57,757 nucleotides of DNA, taken from positions 36,412-94,168 of the forward strand of contig DFDI01000090.1 in NCBI GenBank assembly GCA_002367635.1, written 5' to 3'. The stretch comes from Betaproteobacteria bacterium UBA3031 (lineage in GTDB: Bacteria; Pseudomonadota; Gammaproteobacteria; Burkholderiales; Eutrophovitaceae). The position numbers and the translations under genes are program-made. The notes below the pieces were generated by a model, which worked only from the letters and a program-made list of their open reading frames with translations, did no database searches and was not told the origin of the DNA. This document shows, in pieces, positions 22,003 through 33,417 of this stretch (positions are counted from its first letter, which is position 1; each line of letters opens with the position of its first letter).

Positions 22003-23134
22003 CCTTGCACTCTTTCCAAACTCGGTCAAAATATGCGCCAATCAAGTCATGGTACACAGGCTCATCCATTAAAAATGCATCATGCCCATGGGGTGAATCA
22101 ATTTCTCCATAAGAGACATTCAACTTATTAGCGACCAGTGCGTCAACTATCTCCCTGGAACGTTTTGGAGAGAAACGCCAGTCAGACGTAAATGATATGA
22201 CTAGGTAATTAGCTTGAGCGTGGCTCAGCGTAGCAGGGAGTTTGTCCGAATGTTTCGCGGCCGGATCAAAATAATCAAGTGCTTTGGTAATCCGCAGGTA
22301 GGTATTCGCATCAAACGTCTCTGCAAATTTATCACCTTGATACCTCAAATAAGACTCGATCTGAAACTCGGTATCAAAGTTAAACCTTAAGACATCTTCT
22401 CGTAGGCTCCTGCCAAATTTAACGTCCATGGCATCGTCTGACAGATACGTAATGTGCCCAATCATCCGAGCAATCTTCAAACCACTGCGCGGTAAGGATT
22501 TTTGCTGATAAAAATCACCACCATAAAACTCCGGATCCAAAGTGATCGCCTGACGTGCAACCTCATTAAACGCTATATTTTGTGCGGATAGCTTTGGCGC
22601 AGATGCCACGATGACGGCATTTTTGATTCGTGTAGGCTGATCAATTGTCCACTGCAGGGCTTGCATACCACCCAAACTGCCACCAATAACCGCCGCAAAA
22701 ATCTCTATGCCAAGTTTTGTCGCAAGCCTTGCCTGGGTCTCAACCCAATCTTCGACTGTCACCATTGGGAATGTGCTACCCCAGGGTTCAGTCGTTGCAG
22801 GATTGACGGATGAAGGACCCGTTGAGCCATGGCAACCACCGAGATTATTGACCCCAATCACAAAAAAATGATTGGTATCCAGCGGTCTTCCTGGACCAAC
22901 CAAATTGTCCCACCACCCTCTAGTTTTTTCGTCCCCGTTATAGGTCCCGGCTACATGGTGCGAGGCGTTAAGGGCGTGACACACCAAAACGGCATTTGTT
23001 TTTTTCTCGTTAAGCGAACCGTAAGTTTCAAACGTCAGCTGGTAGCTCAATAACGTCTCACCACATTGGAGCAAAATAGGCTCATCAAACACCATATGTT
23101 GAGGATGCACATCACCAATAGATGATCTCGTCAT
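21995..23134 (-). CDS. metX: Homoserine O-acyltransferase MetX (acetyl- or succinyl-transferring)
   Basis: 379-aa alpha/beta hydrolase with the nucleophile elbow [10 protein letters not shown]. The metX-metW pair is present. Confidence 0.93.
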   Translation of the reverse strand: MTRSSIGDVHPQHMVFDEPILLQCGETLLSYQLTFETYGSLNEKKTNAVLVCHALNASHHVAGTYNGDEKTRGWWDNLVGPGRPLDTNHFFVIGVNNLGGCHGSTGPSSVNPATTEPWGSTFPMVTVEDWVETQARLATKLGIEIFAAVIGGSLGGMQALQWTIDQPTRIKNAVIVASAPKLSAQNIAFNEVARQAITLDPEFYGGDFYQQKSLPRSGLKIARMIGHITYLSDDAMDVKFGRSLREDVLRFNFDTEFQIESYLRYQGDKFAETFDANTYLRITKALDYFDPAAKHSDKLPATLSHAQANYLVISFTSDWRFSPKRSREIVDALVANKLNVSYGEIDSPHGHDAFLMDEPVYHDLIGAYFDRVWKECKDE

Positions 23135-23205
23135 TAAAGCTACCTTATGCCGATTAGGGCAATAAACTTAAGCGCAGTTTGAAAAACATCAAGAGCACAC
23201 AAAAC

Positions 23206-23697
23206 CTAAATCCTATCCTTCGACAGTCGAACCAAAATTCTCGTCGCCGCTTCATCGGCCATATCGTTGATTAACAACGCCTCTTCACTCGATTTGGCGG
23301 AAATATTCTGATCGCTATAAGTTATTTTTCGACGTAATGAGAGCTGACTGTCTAACGCATTAGTAGCATTTTGAGGTGAGTAAATTCTAAACTGAATCGA
23401 GTAAAGCAACTCGTACTCATCAACAGTCCCTGAGTTCGATAATACCGATATCGACCGAGTCGAGTTTTCTGCAAGCACGCTAACCACCACCTCTGCTGAT
23501 GATGCGGCATCAACAAGCATATTCTTATATTTTCTCTCTATTTTTTTCTTGAGCTCTCTGCCCACCCGAGAATCCACATCTGCTTGTATATAAACCGTCT
23601 GATAGAGAATCTCATAGCCGCCTTTGAGCTTAAACCCGCAACTCGTCATCGCTAGCGCAACGACCAACAGCAGTAGTTTTGTTCTAATTCTAATCAT
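23206..23697 (-). CDS. lptE: LPS-assembly lipoprotein LptE
   Basis: 163 aa with a lipoprotein signal (LVVALAMTSC). In the canonical position directly downstream of leuS. Confidence 0.85.
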   Translation of the reverse strand: MIRIRTKLLLLVVALAMTSCGFKLKGGYEILYQTVYIQADVDSRVGRELKKKIERKYKNMLVDAASSAEVVVSVLAENSTRSISVLSNSGTVDEYELLYSIQFRIYSPQNATNALDSQLSLRRKITYSDQNISAKSSEEALLINDMADEAATRILVRLSKDRI

Positions 23698-23717
23698 TAA
23701 CTTCGCATACGATCGGA

Positions 23718-26324
23718 TTAAATAACAATATTTACTAATCGGCCTGGGACGAGCACAATTTTTTTAACCGCTTGACGCTCGACGTAAGTCTGCACCAACT
23801 CATCGCCTAACGCTATCTCTTGGACCTCTTCTTTTGAGGCAGATGCTGGAACAGTTATCTTGGTACGAAGCTTACCGTTAACCTGGACGACAAGCTCTAT
23901 TTCGTCTTGAACCAACGCAGCCTCATCGACCTCCGGCCATGAAGCGTACTGCAACTCTCCGTCGAAGCCCAACTCATTCCAAAGGCACTCTGTAATATGA
24001 GGCACAAGGGGAAACAATATTTTCACCAAAATCCCGAATCCCTCAGCCCGCAGAATCGCATTTTCGACCCGATTTAAACGAGCTTCTTCGATCCGATCTA
24101 GGGTATTGAGCATTTTCATGCCCGCCGATGCCACGGTATTGAATTGCTTTCGTTGGTAATCAAAATCAGCCTGCTTCAATAAAACATGCACGTCTCGACG
24201 TAAGGCTTTCGCCTTCCCAGAGTCAACTTGAGATCCGCTCAAAGTTAACCCCTCTACGATAGATTCCTGGAACTGATGACCAAATCGCCAGAGACGCTTC
24301 AAAAAACGGTAAGCGCCCTCTACGCCGTCATCATTCCAGGCCAGCGTATCCTCAGGTGGCGATGCGAACATCATGAAAAATCGAGCCGTATCAGCCCCAT
24401 ATCGATCAATGAGTAACTGCGGATCAACGCCGTTATTTTTTGACTTTGACATCGTTCGAATGCCGCCAGCCTCAACCGATTGACCATCTCTGATTAACTT
24501 CTGTCCTGTTCGTTTGCCACCTTCATCAAATATCAATTCCACATCTTGAGGATTAAAGTAAGAGACTCGACCCGACTCTTCTGTCCTAAAGAATATGTCG
24601 TTTAAGACCATCCCCTGTGTCAACAAATTTGAGAACGGCTCACTGATCTGCGTGCCATCAAGGTCACGCATCACCTTAGTCCAGAATCGGGAATACAATA
24701 AATGAAGAATAGCGTGCTCAATACCACCGATGTACTGGTCAACCGGTAACCAATAATTGGCGCGCTCATCAACCATCCTGCTGCTTGAATCTGAGCTGGC
24801 AAAACGCAAAAAATACCATGACGAATCCACAAACGTGTCCATGGTGTCCGTTTCCCTTTGCGCGTCTATCCCACAGGTCGGACACTTGCAGTGCAAAAAG
24901 TCCAGGCGTTTATTCAAAGGGTTTCCCGACCCATCGGGAACACAGTCTTCTGGCAGGACAACGGGAAGATCCGCCTCGGGTACCGGGACATCACCGCAAG
25001 ACTCACAATGAATAATAGGTATTGGGGTTCCCCAATACCTTTGTCTTGATATCCCCCAATCGCGCAGTCGCCATTGAGTATGCTTTTCGCCTAAGTTCCG
25101 CGCCAATAGATCGTTAGAAATAATCTCTACCGATTCATCAAAACTCAGACCATCATATGGGCCCGAATTAACACACAAACCTTTATCCGCATACGATTCG
25201 TCCCATGCATCCGTCGAGTACTGTTTTTCAGGACCCTCTATGACTTGTTGAATATCGATACCGTACTTCTTCGCAAAAATGAAATCTCGCTCATCATGAG
25301 CAGGTACGCCCATAACCGCGCCCGCTCCATAAGTCATCAAAACATAATTGCCAACCCAAACTTCAACCTGCCGTCCATCTAAGGGATGTGTGACGAAAAT
25401 GCCTGTCGGGATTCCCTTCTTTTCCAAAACGGCAATATCCGCTTCCATCGTGCTGCCTTGTTTACATTCCTCGATGAACGCCGCGATCTTAGGATTGGAC
25501 TTAGCTGCATACTCAGCAATACTGTGTTCGGCTGCGACAGCGCAAAATGTCACACCCATAATCGTATCTGGACGGGTCGTAAAAACCTTTAAAACCTCCC
25601 CTTTACCCTCTAACACATAGGGGAAAGACACATTCACGCCCTCGCTAAGACCGATCCAGTTAGCTTGCATCGTCTTCACACGATCTGGCCAGCCAGGCAA
25701 GCTCTCCAACGCCTCCAGCAACTCGCGCGCATACTCAGTAATACGCATGTAATACATCGGGATTTCGCGTTTCTCTATAACGGCTCCCGTCCTCCAACCG
25801 CGGCCATCAATGACCTGTTCATTGGCTAACACAGTTTGATCGACCGGATCCCAATTAACAGTTCCCGTTTTCCTGTAAACGAGGCCCTTCTCAAGCATTT
25901 TGGTAAAAAGCCACTGATTCCAACGATAGTAGGCCGGATCACAAGTCGCGAGTTCTCGACTCCAATCAATAGCAAATCCCAGCGATTGGAGCTGTTTTTT
26001 CATGTACGCAATGTTGTCACGAGTCCACTTAGACGGAGGCACACCATTAGCCATCGCAGCGTTTTCAGCCGGCAATCCGAATGCATCCCAACCCATTGGT
26101 TGCAAGACGTTGTACCCATTCATCCGATGATATCGAGTCAACACGTCGCCAATCGTGTAGTTACGCACGTGCCCCATATGCAGCTTACCCGAAGGGTAAG
26201 GAAACATAGACAAGCAATAATATTTAGGCTTGCTCTGATCTTCTAATGCCTTAAACGATTCGTTCTCAACCCAACGAGTTTGGGTCTCAGCTTCTATCCG
26301 TGAGGGATGGTATTGACTTTCCAT
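23718..26324 (-). CDS. leuS: Leucine--tRNA ligase
   Basis: 868 aa with class I motifs HMGH ([13 protein letters not shown]) and KMSKS (MSKSKNNG). Confidence 0.98.
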   Translation of the reverse strand: MESQYHPSRIEAETQTRWVENESFKALEDQSKPKYYCLSMFPYPSGKLHMGHVRNYTIGDVLTRYHRMNGYNVLQPMGWDAFGLPAENAAMANGVPPSKWTRDNIAYMKKQLQSLGFAIDWSRELATCDPAYYRWNQWLFTKMLEKGLVYRKTGTVNWDPVDQTVLANEQVIDGRGWRTGAVIEKREIPMYYMRITEYARELLEALESLPGWPDRVKTMQANWIGLSEGVNVSFPYVLEGKGEVLKVFTTRPDTIMGVTFCAVAAEHSIAEYAAKSNPKIAAFIEECKQGSTMEADIAVLEKKGIPTGIFVTHPLDGRQVEVWVGNYVLMTYGAGAVMGVPAHDERDFIFAKKYGIDIQQVIEGPEKQYSTDAWDESYADKGLCVNSGPYDGLSFDESVEIISNDLLARNLGEKHTQWRLRDWGISRQRYWGTPIPIIHCESCGDVPVPEADLPVVLPEDCVPDGSGNPLNKRLDFLHCKCPTCGIDAQRETDTMDTFVDSSWYFLRFASSDSSSRMVDERANYWLPVDQYIGGIEHAILHLLYSRFWTKVMRDLDGTQISEPFSNLLTQGMVLNDIFFRTEESGRVSYFNPQDVELIFDEGGKRTGQKLIRDGQSVEAGGIRTMSKSKNNGVDPQLLIDRYGADTARFFMMFASPPEDTLAWNDDGVEGAYRFLKRLWRFGHQFQESIVEGLTLSGSQVDSGKAKALRRDVHVLLKQADFDYQRKQFNTVASAGMKMLNTLDRIEEARLNRVENAILRAEGFGILVKILFPLVPHITECLWNELGFDGELQYASWPEVDEAALVQDEIELVVQVNGKLRTKITVPASASKEEVQEIALGDELVQTYVERQAVKKIVLVPGRLVNIVI

Positions 26325-26410
26325 GGGCTACCAATGTTGTAAACTAATGTGTAATTATAACTTTAGGTCTAAGTTCATGAGGCTCAAATTTACATTTGGG
26401 CAACTATCCG

Positions 26411-26428
26411 CTGTGAAATAAGTCACAG
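26411..26428. promoter_or_regulatory. Perfect CRP/Vfr-type palindrome CTGTGA-N6-TCACAG upstream of the phosphoribulokinase gene
   Basis: Read directly as cTGTGAaataagTCACAg. The centre lies about 43 bp upstream of the ATG at 26463, in the divergent leuS/prk intergenic region. Assignment to a regulator is inference only. Confidence 0.3.
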
Positions 26429-26462
26429 TCTTTCGTAAACCCTCACTGAATTTGCATATCCA

Positions 26463-27347
26463 ATGTCCCGAGCACATCCAATTGTTGCCGTCACAGGCGC
26501 GTCTGGCGCTGGAACCACCAGCGTTCAACAGACCTTCAAATCGATCTGCACTCAGGCGAAAATCGGAGCCGTTTTTGTGGAAGGGGACAGCTTCCATCGA
26601 TACGAGCGCGGAGAGATGCGCAAGCTAATCGATGCCTGGGAACGCACAGCGGGAAGAACAATCAGTCATTTCGGCCCAGAAGCTAACCTGCTTGAGGAGC
26701 TAGAAGCACTGTTTGGCGATTACGGCCGCGAGGGATTGGGTCTAGCTCGGCGCTACTTGCATGACGAGGATGCGGCTAGGGCTTATGGGCAAAATGCAGG
26801 AACTTTCACGGAATGGTCGGACATTGGAGCAGGGTCTGACGTGCTTATCTATGAAGGTTTACATGGGGGTGCCATCACAGATATCGTTAATATTGCGGAG
26901 CATGTCGATTTGTTAATCGGCGTCACGCCAACAATTAACCTCGAATGGATTCAGAAACTGCACCGCGATCAAAAAGATAGGGGGCATTCCGTAGAGGATG
27001 TCACGCAAACCATACTGCGACGAATGCCCGACTACATTGAGCATATCGTTCCGCAATACTCCAGAACACACATCAACTTCCAAAGAGTTCCGACTGTCGA
27101 CACGTCCAACCCGTTTTCAAATACAGGGGTTCCCAGCCCCGATGAAAGTTTAATCGTCATCAGATTTAATGATCCCAGTCAGCATGAGATTGACGATATA
27201 ATCAAGCTCATTCGTGGATCATTCCAAAGCAAGGAAGACAGCGTTGTCGTTCCTGGTCAAACTTTTGAGCAGACGCTAGAGCTGGTTCTTAAGCCCAGAA
27301 TCAATAAACTCGTCGTAAATGGCCGTCTTGAACGCGCCAAGAAATGA
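26463..27347 (+). CDS. prkB: Phosphoribulokinase (PrkB-like)
   Basis: 294 aa, collinear with E. coli PrkB (HPIVAVTGASGAGTTS, FHRYER.EM, YEGLHGG, NLEWIQK, RVPTVDTSNPF). Confidence 0.9.
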   Translation: MSRAHPIVAVTGASGAGTTSVQQTFKSICTQAKIGAVFVEGDSFHRYERGEMRKLIDAWERTAGRTISHFGPEANLLEELEALFGDYGREGLGLARRYLHDEDAARAYGQNAGTFTEWSDIGAGSDVLIYEGLHGGAITDIVNIAEHVDLLIGVTPTINLEWIQKLHRDQKDRGHSVEDVTQTILRRMPDYIEHIVPQYSRTHINFQRVPTVDTSNPFSNTGVPSPDESLIVIRFNDPSQHEIDDIIKLIRGSFQSKEDSVVVPGQTFEQTLELVLKPRINKLVVNGRLERAKK

Positions 27348-27373
27348 CATTAAAAACTGTAAGAACCCAATAA

Positions 27374-29569
27374 ATGTCTGAAATACTGAACGGGCTCAAC
27401 CAGCCGCAACTTGAAGCCACAACCCACTCGAGCTCCTCAGTTTTAGTCTTAGCTGGCGCGGGCTCAGGCAAGACGAAAGTATTGACCACCCGGATCGTAT
27501 GGTTGATACAAACTGGGCAAATTAACCCCTCTGAGCTGTTGGCCGTGACATTTACCAATAAGGCTGCAAAGGAGATGCTGCTGCGCATCACCTCGATGTT
27601 ACCCATCAACACACGAGGCATGTGGGTTGGAACTTTTCATGGCCTGTGTAACCGCCTTCTTAGGAGCCATCACAGAGAAGCAAACTTACCTCAAACGTTC
27701 CAAATACTGGATGCCGCAGACCAACGGTCCCTCGTCAAACGAGTCATGAAAAGCTTATCGGTTGATGAAAATAAGTATCCATTCAGACAAGCACAATACT
27801 TTATCAACTCCAATAAAGAAGAGGGTCTGCGTCCCGACAAAGTAGAGTCTATCGACGAGTTTAGTCGCACACTAATTGATATCTACCGGGAATATGATCG
27901 GACTTGCGCGCACGAAGGCGTTGTAGATTTTTCCGAGCTCTTACTGCGATCCTACGAATTATTAACCAAAAATGAGCGTCTACTTAAACATTATCAAGAC
28001 CGCTTCAAGCATATCCTTGTCGATGAATTTCAAGACACCAATAAACTCCAATACGCCTGGCTAAAACTTTTAGCGAACGGTGGCGCATGCGTCATGGCCG
28101 TAGGCGATGACGATCAATCCATTTATGCATTTCGTGGAGCACACTCAGGAAATATGCTGAGTTTTGAAACAGATTTCTCAATTGAGAAGGTAGTCAAGCT
28201 TGAGCAAAACTATCGCTCCCACGGCAATATTCTAGATGGCGCTAATGCGCTAATAAAGAATAACGGTCAGCGCCTCGGCAAAAATCTTTGGACGGACCAA
28301 GGTGAGGGCGAGCCTATTCGAGTGTTCCGTGCCATGACAGACAGAGAAGAGGCTGCATTCATAATTGAGGAAGTACAAGATCTTCGCAACTCTGGAACCA
28401 GCCTCAAAGATATTGCATTGCTGTATCGCTCGAACGCTCAATCTCGGATATTAGAGCACGGCTTATTCAGCGCAGGGCTTTCATATAAAGTTTACGGTGG
28501 GAAACGATTTTTCGAACGAAAAGAAGTAAAAGACGCTCTTGCTTATCTTAGATTAATCGCTAACCACAACGATGATGGTGCGCTTCTGAGGGTTATCAAC
28601 TTTCCGACGCGTGGCATTGGAAACCGAACCATCGAACACATACGCGATCTGGCCGAGCGCAGCGGGACATCGCTATGGCAAGCCGCCTGTTCAGCCTCCT
28701 TATCGGGTCGAGCCGTCACTGCAGTCTCAACTTTCATCACATTAGTGGAAAAAATTAAAACTGACACTGTCGGATTCCTACTTCCAGACTTGATTGAGCA
28801 TGTCAACGAAACCAGTGGTCTGATTAATCATTTCCGAAAAGAGCGTGACGGCCAAGATCAAGTTGAAAATCTCAACGAGCTTGTTAATGCGGCCTCTGCG
28901 TTTGTCGCGGATCGGACTGATGCGCCTTACGAGGAACCACCCATTGATGGCTTTGGTGATGGCGACTTAACAGCTGCAGAAATAGACCCTCTTGTCGATT
29001 TTCTTGCGCACGCCTCACTCGAAGCAGGCGACAACCAAGCAAGCGCTGGCGAAGATGCACTGCAATTAATGACTGTGCACGCAGCAAAAGGGCTTGAGTT
29101 TCATAGCGTTTTTATCAGCGGTTTAGAAGAAGGATTATTCCCCCACGAAAACAGCATTAACGAGCACGGCGGGCTAGAAGAGGAACGAAGGCTGATGTAC
29201 GTTGCTATGACGCGTGCGAAGCGTCGCCTCTACCTGTCTCACTCTCAAATACGGATGCTTCATGGGCAAACACGTTATAACATTGAGTCACGGTTTATTG
29301 ACGAAATCCCTGAGGAATTGCTGAAGAAAATCAACCATGCCAAGACCAACCAACCGGCCCCACCATCTAAGAGTTATACACCGGCTATGCGCAGGCAGGA
29401 AGCTGCAGGGGGGTTTCGCATTGGGCAGCAAGTACGTCACGCTAAGTTTGGTGTCGGCGTCATTGTTCAAACAGAGGGTCAAGGTGGCGATGCGAGGCTG
29501 CAAGTAAACTTCCGTGAGAGCGGATTAAAGTGGCTCGCTCTCGAGTACGCAAAACTATCTGCCGCTTAA
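27374..29569 (+). CDS. uvrD: DNA helicase II (UvrD)
   Basis: 731-aa SF1 helicase with motifs AGAGSGKT, VDEFQDTN, NYRS and TVHAAKGLEF. Length and C-terminal tail are UvrD-like. Confidence 0.9.
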   Translation: MSEILNGLNQPQLEATTHSSSSVLVLAGAGSGKTKVLTTRIVWLIQTGQINPSELLAVTFTNKAAKEMLLRITSMLPINTRGMWVGTFHGLCNRLLRSHHREANLPQTFQILDAADQRSLVKRVMKSLSVDENKYPFRQAQYFINSNKEEGLRPDKVESIDEFSRTLIDIYREYDRTCAHEGVVDFSELLLRSYELLTKNERLLKHYQDRFKHILVDEFQDTNKLQYAWLKLLANGGACVMAVGDDDQSIYAFRGAHSGNMLSFETDFSIEKVVKLEQNYRSHGNILDGANALIKNNGQRLGKNLWTDQGEGEPIRVFRAMTDREEAAFIIEEVQDLRNSGTSLKDIALLYRSNAQSRILEHGLFSAGLSYKVYGGKRFFERKEVKDALAYLRLIANHNDDGALLRVINFPTRGIGNRTIEHIRDLAERSGTSLWQAACSASLSGRAVTAVSTFITLVEKIKTDTVGFLLPDLIEHVNETSGLINHFRKERDGQDQVENLNELVNAASAFVADRTDAPYEEPPIDGFGDGDLTAAEIDPLVDFLAHASLEAGDNQASAGEDALQLMTVHAAKGLEFHSVFISGLEEGLFPHENSINEHGGLEEERRLMYVAMTRAKRRLYLSHSQIRMLHGQTRYNIESRFIDEIPEELLKKINHAKTNQPAPPSKSYTPAMRRQEAAGGFRIGQQVRHAKFGVGVIVQTEGQGGDARLQVNFRESGLKWLALEYAKLSAA

Positions 29570-29583
29570 CCAGCCACGTCCAT

Positions 29584-30528
29584 TCACGAACCAAAGGTTT
29601 GCGGGTGTGCTCGATGCCTTTGCAAGATTCGTTTAAAAGGTTCGGGGTCATGCGCATGGGTTAGCTCTCCTGGGCGCGGCAAATGCAGGTCGTAAAGCCT
29701 AGAAACCCAAAACCGTAGCGCCCCTGCTCGTAACATTGTTGGCCACACCTCGACCTCTGCCGGGGTGAACTGTCGAATGCTGGCATAGCCATCAAGTAGC
29801 GCACGCAAGTTTACATTGTCCATTGATCCGTCTTCCTTGATGCACCAATCGTTCGCCGTTATTGCTACGTCATAAACCCAAGCATCTACGCACGCAAAAT
29901 AAAAATCAATGAACCCGCCTACGCGAGATTCATGAAATAAAACATTATCTCGAAATAAATCACCATGTATGGGGCCCCTCGGAATTAACTGGGTCCCAAA
30001 TTCGTGCTGATAGGCTAGCTCGCTCCGAAGCAACTCAGAATCACTTTCACTCAAAAAACTGTAAATCTCTTCAGATGCGCTAGCCCACCAAGTCTTTCCT
30101 CTCAAATTCTCAAGATGTCCTTCAAAAGATTGTCCAGCAAGATGCATATGTGCGAGTTGCTCTCCTACTAAATGCGCATGTTTGCCAGTTGGTTTAGCCG
30201 TAGGCGAGCCGGGAATACGGCTGACAATCGCTGCTGGCTTACCATTAAGCTCTCCTAAAAAACGATCATCCAGCTTCTTAATGGGCGCGGGGACTGGAAC
30301 GCCATGGCTGCTCAGGTGCGCCATCAAATCTAAATAGAAAGGAAGCTCAGATGCAGTTAACTTTTCAAATAGCGTCAGCACAAAGGCACCATGATCGGTA
30401 TCTAGAAAAAAATTAGTGTTTTCGATGCCGGAGAGAATGCCGCGTAAATTAACGACCCTGCCAATCGAATAGTGTTGTTTCACCCACTGAGCGGCTTCTT
30501 CTAAACTAACTTTCGTAAAAACTGACAT
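29584..30528 (-). CDS. thrB: Homoserine kinase, ThrB type II (APH-fold)
   Basis: The N-terminus MSVFTKVSLEEA...GIENTNFFL...FVLTLFE is as in Pseudomonas ThrB, and the catalytic HGDLFRDN is present. Divergent from polA as in Pseudomonas. Confidence 0.88.
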   Translation of the reverse strand: MSVFTKVSLEEAAQWVKQHYSIGRVVNLRGILSGIENTNFFLDTDHGAFVLTLFEKLTASELPFYLDLMAHLSSHGVPVPAPIKKLDDRFLGELNGKPAAIVSRIPGSPTAKPTGKHAHLVGEQLAHMHLAGQSFEGHLENLRGKTWWASASEEIYSFLSESDSELLRSELAYQHEFGTQLIPRGPIHGDLFRDNVLFHESRVGGFIDFYFACVDAWVYDVAITANDWCIKEDGSMDNVNLRALLDGYASIRQFTPAEVEVWPTMLRAGALRFWVSRLYDLHLPRPGELTHAHDPEPFKRILQRHRAHPQTFGS

Positions 30529-30652
30529 GATTTATGGCGCAATGATATCTAAAAGAACTCTATTAAAGACCGCTATGTTACCGAAATTATCGGTTGAACA
30601 AGTCTGACATAATGTAGACGGCCGAAATCACGAGCATTTACGGAACATTTTA

Positions 30653-33355
30653 ATGAAAAAATTACTACTGATAGACGGCTCTTCCTACCTATATCGAGCC
30701 TTTCACGCCCTTCCTGATTTTCGCAACAAGGCAGATGAGCCCACAGGCGCTATATACGGCGTAATTAACATGCTCAAACGGGCTCGAAATGACATCAACC
30801 CCGACTACATCGCCTGTATTTTTGATGCTAAAGGAAAAACGTTTCGTGATGAGATGTACTCCAAATACAAAGCCAATAGGCCCAGCATGCCCTCCGACTT
30901 AGCACTTCAAATCGAGCCATTACACGCATGTATTGAGGCTATGGGCATTCCCATATTAGTCATTTCTGGCGTCGAAGCAGACGATGTAATTGCCACCCTA
31001 ACCAGAAAAGCGCTGGAACAAAAACTCGAAACGCTCATTTCAACAGGTGATAAAGATATTGCTCAGCTGATTAAGCCGGGCGTCACCATCATCAACACAA
31101 TGACTGGTGAGACGCTTAACAGAGATGGCGTCAAAATAAAATTTGGTGTTTATCCAGAAAGAATGGTTGACTTCCAAAGTCTGGTTGGAGATTCGGTTGA
31201 CAATGTTCCAGGGGTCGACAAGGTTGGCCCAAAAACGGCGGTCAAATGGCTGGATGAATATGGGGATCTCGACTCTATTATTGCGCACGCAGATAACATC
31301 GGCGGAAAAGTGGGAGAAAATCTGAGGCGAGCGATTGAGTGGCTCCCGACCACCAGAGAGCTGGTGACTTTAAGGGATGACGTTGATCTAGATACTGACG
31401 TTATGGACCTTGCATACAAACCCGAAAATAAAGACGTACTTGCCCATCTGTTTGAAAAACTTAACTTCAAATCGTGGCTTGCTGAATTAAATAACAACCA
31501 AGAAGAAACCTCAGAGTCAACGACACCCTCCAATCTAAAAGCAGACATTCCCCGCGAATACGAGCTCGTCACATCAGTTGATGCTCTAAACGTCTGGATT
31601 AAACAAATAATCAGCTCAGACCTCACCGCAATTGATACCGAAACAACCGGGCTAGACACGATGCAAGACAGGTTAGTCGGCATTTCGCTATCCACAGAGC
31701 CTGGTCGAGGGGCCTACATACCCGTCGGGCATGATTATGTTGGTTGTCCAGATCAACTCGAGCTTACGTTTGTCTTGGAAAAGCTCAGACCCTGGCTCGA
31801 AGATTCAAAACAAAAAAAACTTGGTCAGAATCTAAAATTTGATTTACACATATTCATGAATCACGGGATCCGGGTTCGCGGTATCGAGCACGACACCCTC
31901 CTCCAGTCCTATGTCTTAGAAAGTCATCGTAAACACGATATGGACAGTCTCGCATTACGACACCTTGGACTCAAAACCACCACTTACGATGAGGTGACCG
32001 GCAAAGGAGCAGCACGAATACCTTTCTCAAGCGTCGACTTAAAAGTTGCTAAGGACTATGCGGCAGAGGATGCCGACATCACATTACGGCTGCATCAACA
32101 TTTTTGGCCTTTATTAGAAAAAGAGTCTGGACTAATCGGTATCTACCGAGATATCGAACTGCCAGCAATGGAAGTGCTTTTTGAGATAGAACGTTTTGGG
32201 GTGTTGGTCGATAGCCAAGCGCTTAACGAGCAGACTAAGGATCTAGGAGAGAGAATCGGGGTCATTGAAAAAGAAGCCTTTGAGGAAGCGGGCTCTAATT
32301 TCAATCTGAGCTCACCCAAACAATTACAAGAAATTTTATTTAATCAAAAACAACTACCCGTCCTCAAAAAAACTCCTGGCGGACAACCCTCCACTAATGA
32401 AGAGGTGCTGCAACAGCTCGCACTCGACCACCCCTTACCCGCATTGATACTCAAACATCGAACGTTGACCAAACTTAAAACCACGTATACGGAAAAACTT
32501 CCGAAGATGCTCGATAAACAAACAGGGCGCATCCATACTAACTACGCACAAGCGGTTGCCAGCACGGGTCGACTTGCAAGCAACGACCCTAATCTCCAAA
32601 ACATCCCCATCCGTACCGAAGAGGGCCGACGCGTTCGCGAATCCTTTATCGCCCCGCCGGGAAAAGTCATCGTCTCTGCTGACTACTCTCAAATTGAGTT
32701 GCGCATCATGGCTCATTTATCAGAAGACCAAAGCTTGATCCAGGCCTTTAAAAACGGTGATGATATCCATCGACAAACAGCAAGTGAGATTTTTAATATA
32801 ACGTCTGCCGAGATATCCACTGAGCAAAGGCGTTATGCGAAAGTCATTAATTTTGGTTTAATTTACGGCATGTCTGCATTTGGCCTTGCTAAACAGCTCG
32901 GCGTTGAACGCTCTGCGGCACAACAATATATCGATCGCTACTTTGCGCGATATCCTGGCGTTGCGAATTATATGGATCGCTCAAAAAATCAGGCGAAGGA
33001 GCGTGGACATGTTGAAACGGTATTTGGTCGACGTTTAACCCTACCGGACATACACGCCTCTAATCATCAAATGCGGCAAGCGGCAGAACGCGCAGCCATT
33101 AATGCGCCCATGCAGGGCACCGCAGCAGACCTCATAAAAATCGCAATGATTTCTGTTAACCGCTGGCTGCGTGAAGAAGGATTGAAAACCAACATCATCA
33201 TGCAAGTTCATGACGAACTTGTGTTGGAAACGCCCGAAGACGAATTAAATCTAATTCTTACAGAGGTACCTCAACGCATGGCATCTGTCGCAACCCTAAG
33301 CGTTCCATTAATCGCCGACATAGGGTCTGGTAAAAACTGGGACCAAGCGCACTAA
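30653..33355 (+). CDS. polA: DNA polymerase I
   Basis: 900 aa with a 5'-nuclease domain (LLLIDGSSYLYRAF), 3'-5' exonuclease domain (IDTETTGL) and polymerase motifs (DYSQIELR, QVHDEL). Confidence 0.98.
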   Translation: MKKLLLIDGSSYLYRAFHALPDFRNKADEPTGAIYGVINMLKRARNDINPDYIACIFDAKGKTFRDEMYSKYKANRPSMPSDLALQIEPLHACIEAMGIPILVISGVEADDVIATLTRKALEQKLETLISTGDKDIAQLIKPGVTIINTMTGETLNRDGVKIKFGVYPERMVDFQSLVGDSVDNVPGVDKVGPKTAVKWLDEYGDLDSIIAHADNIGGKVGENLRRAIEWLPTTRELVTLRDDVDLDTDVMDLAYKPENKDVLAHLFEKLNFKSWLAELNNNQEETSESTTPSNLKADIPREYELVTSVDALNVWIKQIISSDLTAIDTETTGLDTMQDRLVGISLSTEPGRGAYIPVGHDYVGCPDQLELTFVLEKLRPWLEDSKQKKLGQNLKFDLHIFMNHGIRVRGIEHDTLLQSYVLESHRKHDMDSLALRHLGLKTTTYDEVTGKGAARIPFSSVDLKVAKDYAAEDADITLRLHQHFWPLLEKESGLIGIYRDIELPAMEVLFEIERFGVLVDSQALNEQTKDLGERIGVIEKEAFEEAGSNFNLSSPKQLQEILFNQKQLPVLKKTPGGQPSTNEEVLQQLALDHPLPALILKHRTLTKLKTTYTEKLPKMLDKQTGRIHTNYAQAVASTGRLASNDPNLQNIPIRTEEGRRVRESFIAPPGKVIVSADYSQIELRIMAHLSEDQSLIQAFKNGDDIHRQTASEIFNITSAEISTEQRRYAKVINFGLIYGMSAFGLAKQLGVERSAAQQYIDRYFARYPGVANYMDRSKNQAKERGHVETVFGRRLTLPDIHASNHQMRQAAERAAINAPMQGTAADLIKIAMISVNRWLREEGLKTNIIMQVHDELVLETPEDELNLILTEVPQRMASVATLSVPLIADIGSGKNWDQAH

Positions 33356-33417
33356 TCAGACATGACAACCGGGCACGATGACAGCAGTCAACCCCAAACC
33401 AGAAAGGAGGGCGTGTC

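Noticed and set aside
23135-23205. A SAM-II/SAM-V-type riboswitch looked for in the 71-nt metX leader.
   Set aside because: I could not find the conserved pseudoknot elements (a GCUU-containing P1 loop plus a 3' AAAGCU strand) on the minus strand. The leader is short and unstructured by eye. A cmsearch with RF00521/RF01826 would settle it.
27374-29569. UvrD-like helicase considered as part of a defence or mobile-element module.
   Set aside because: It is a full-length canonical UvrD flanked by prk and thrB/polA. There is no adjacent nuclease, methylase, ATPase, toxin, integrase or repeat, so this is housekeeping DNA helicase II.
31150-31695. A 181-aa antisense ORF inside polA. Similar long antisense or alternate-frame ORFs: 5264..5656 in phoR, 25836..26246 in leuS, 41670..42119 in the tauE gene, 48721..49194 in livH, 51573..51998 in atpD, and 54601..54994 in atpA.
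   Set aside because: All lie wholly inside strongly conserved genes. Their composition is Ser/Arg/Cys/Pro-rich and low-complexity, as expected for shadow frames. I recognise no motifs, and there is no independent RBS or promoter evidence.
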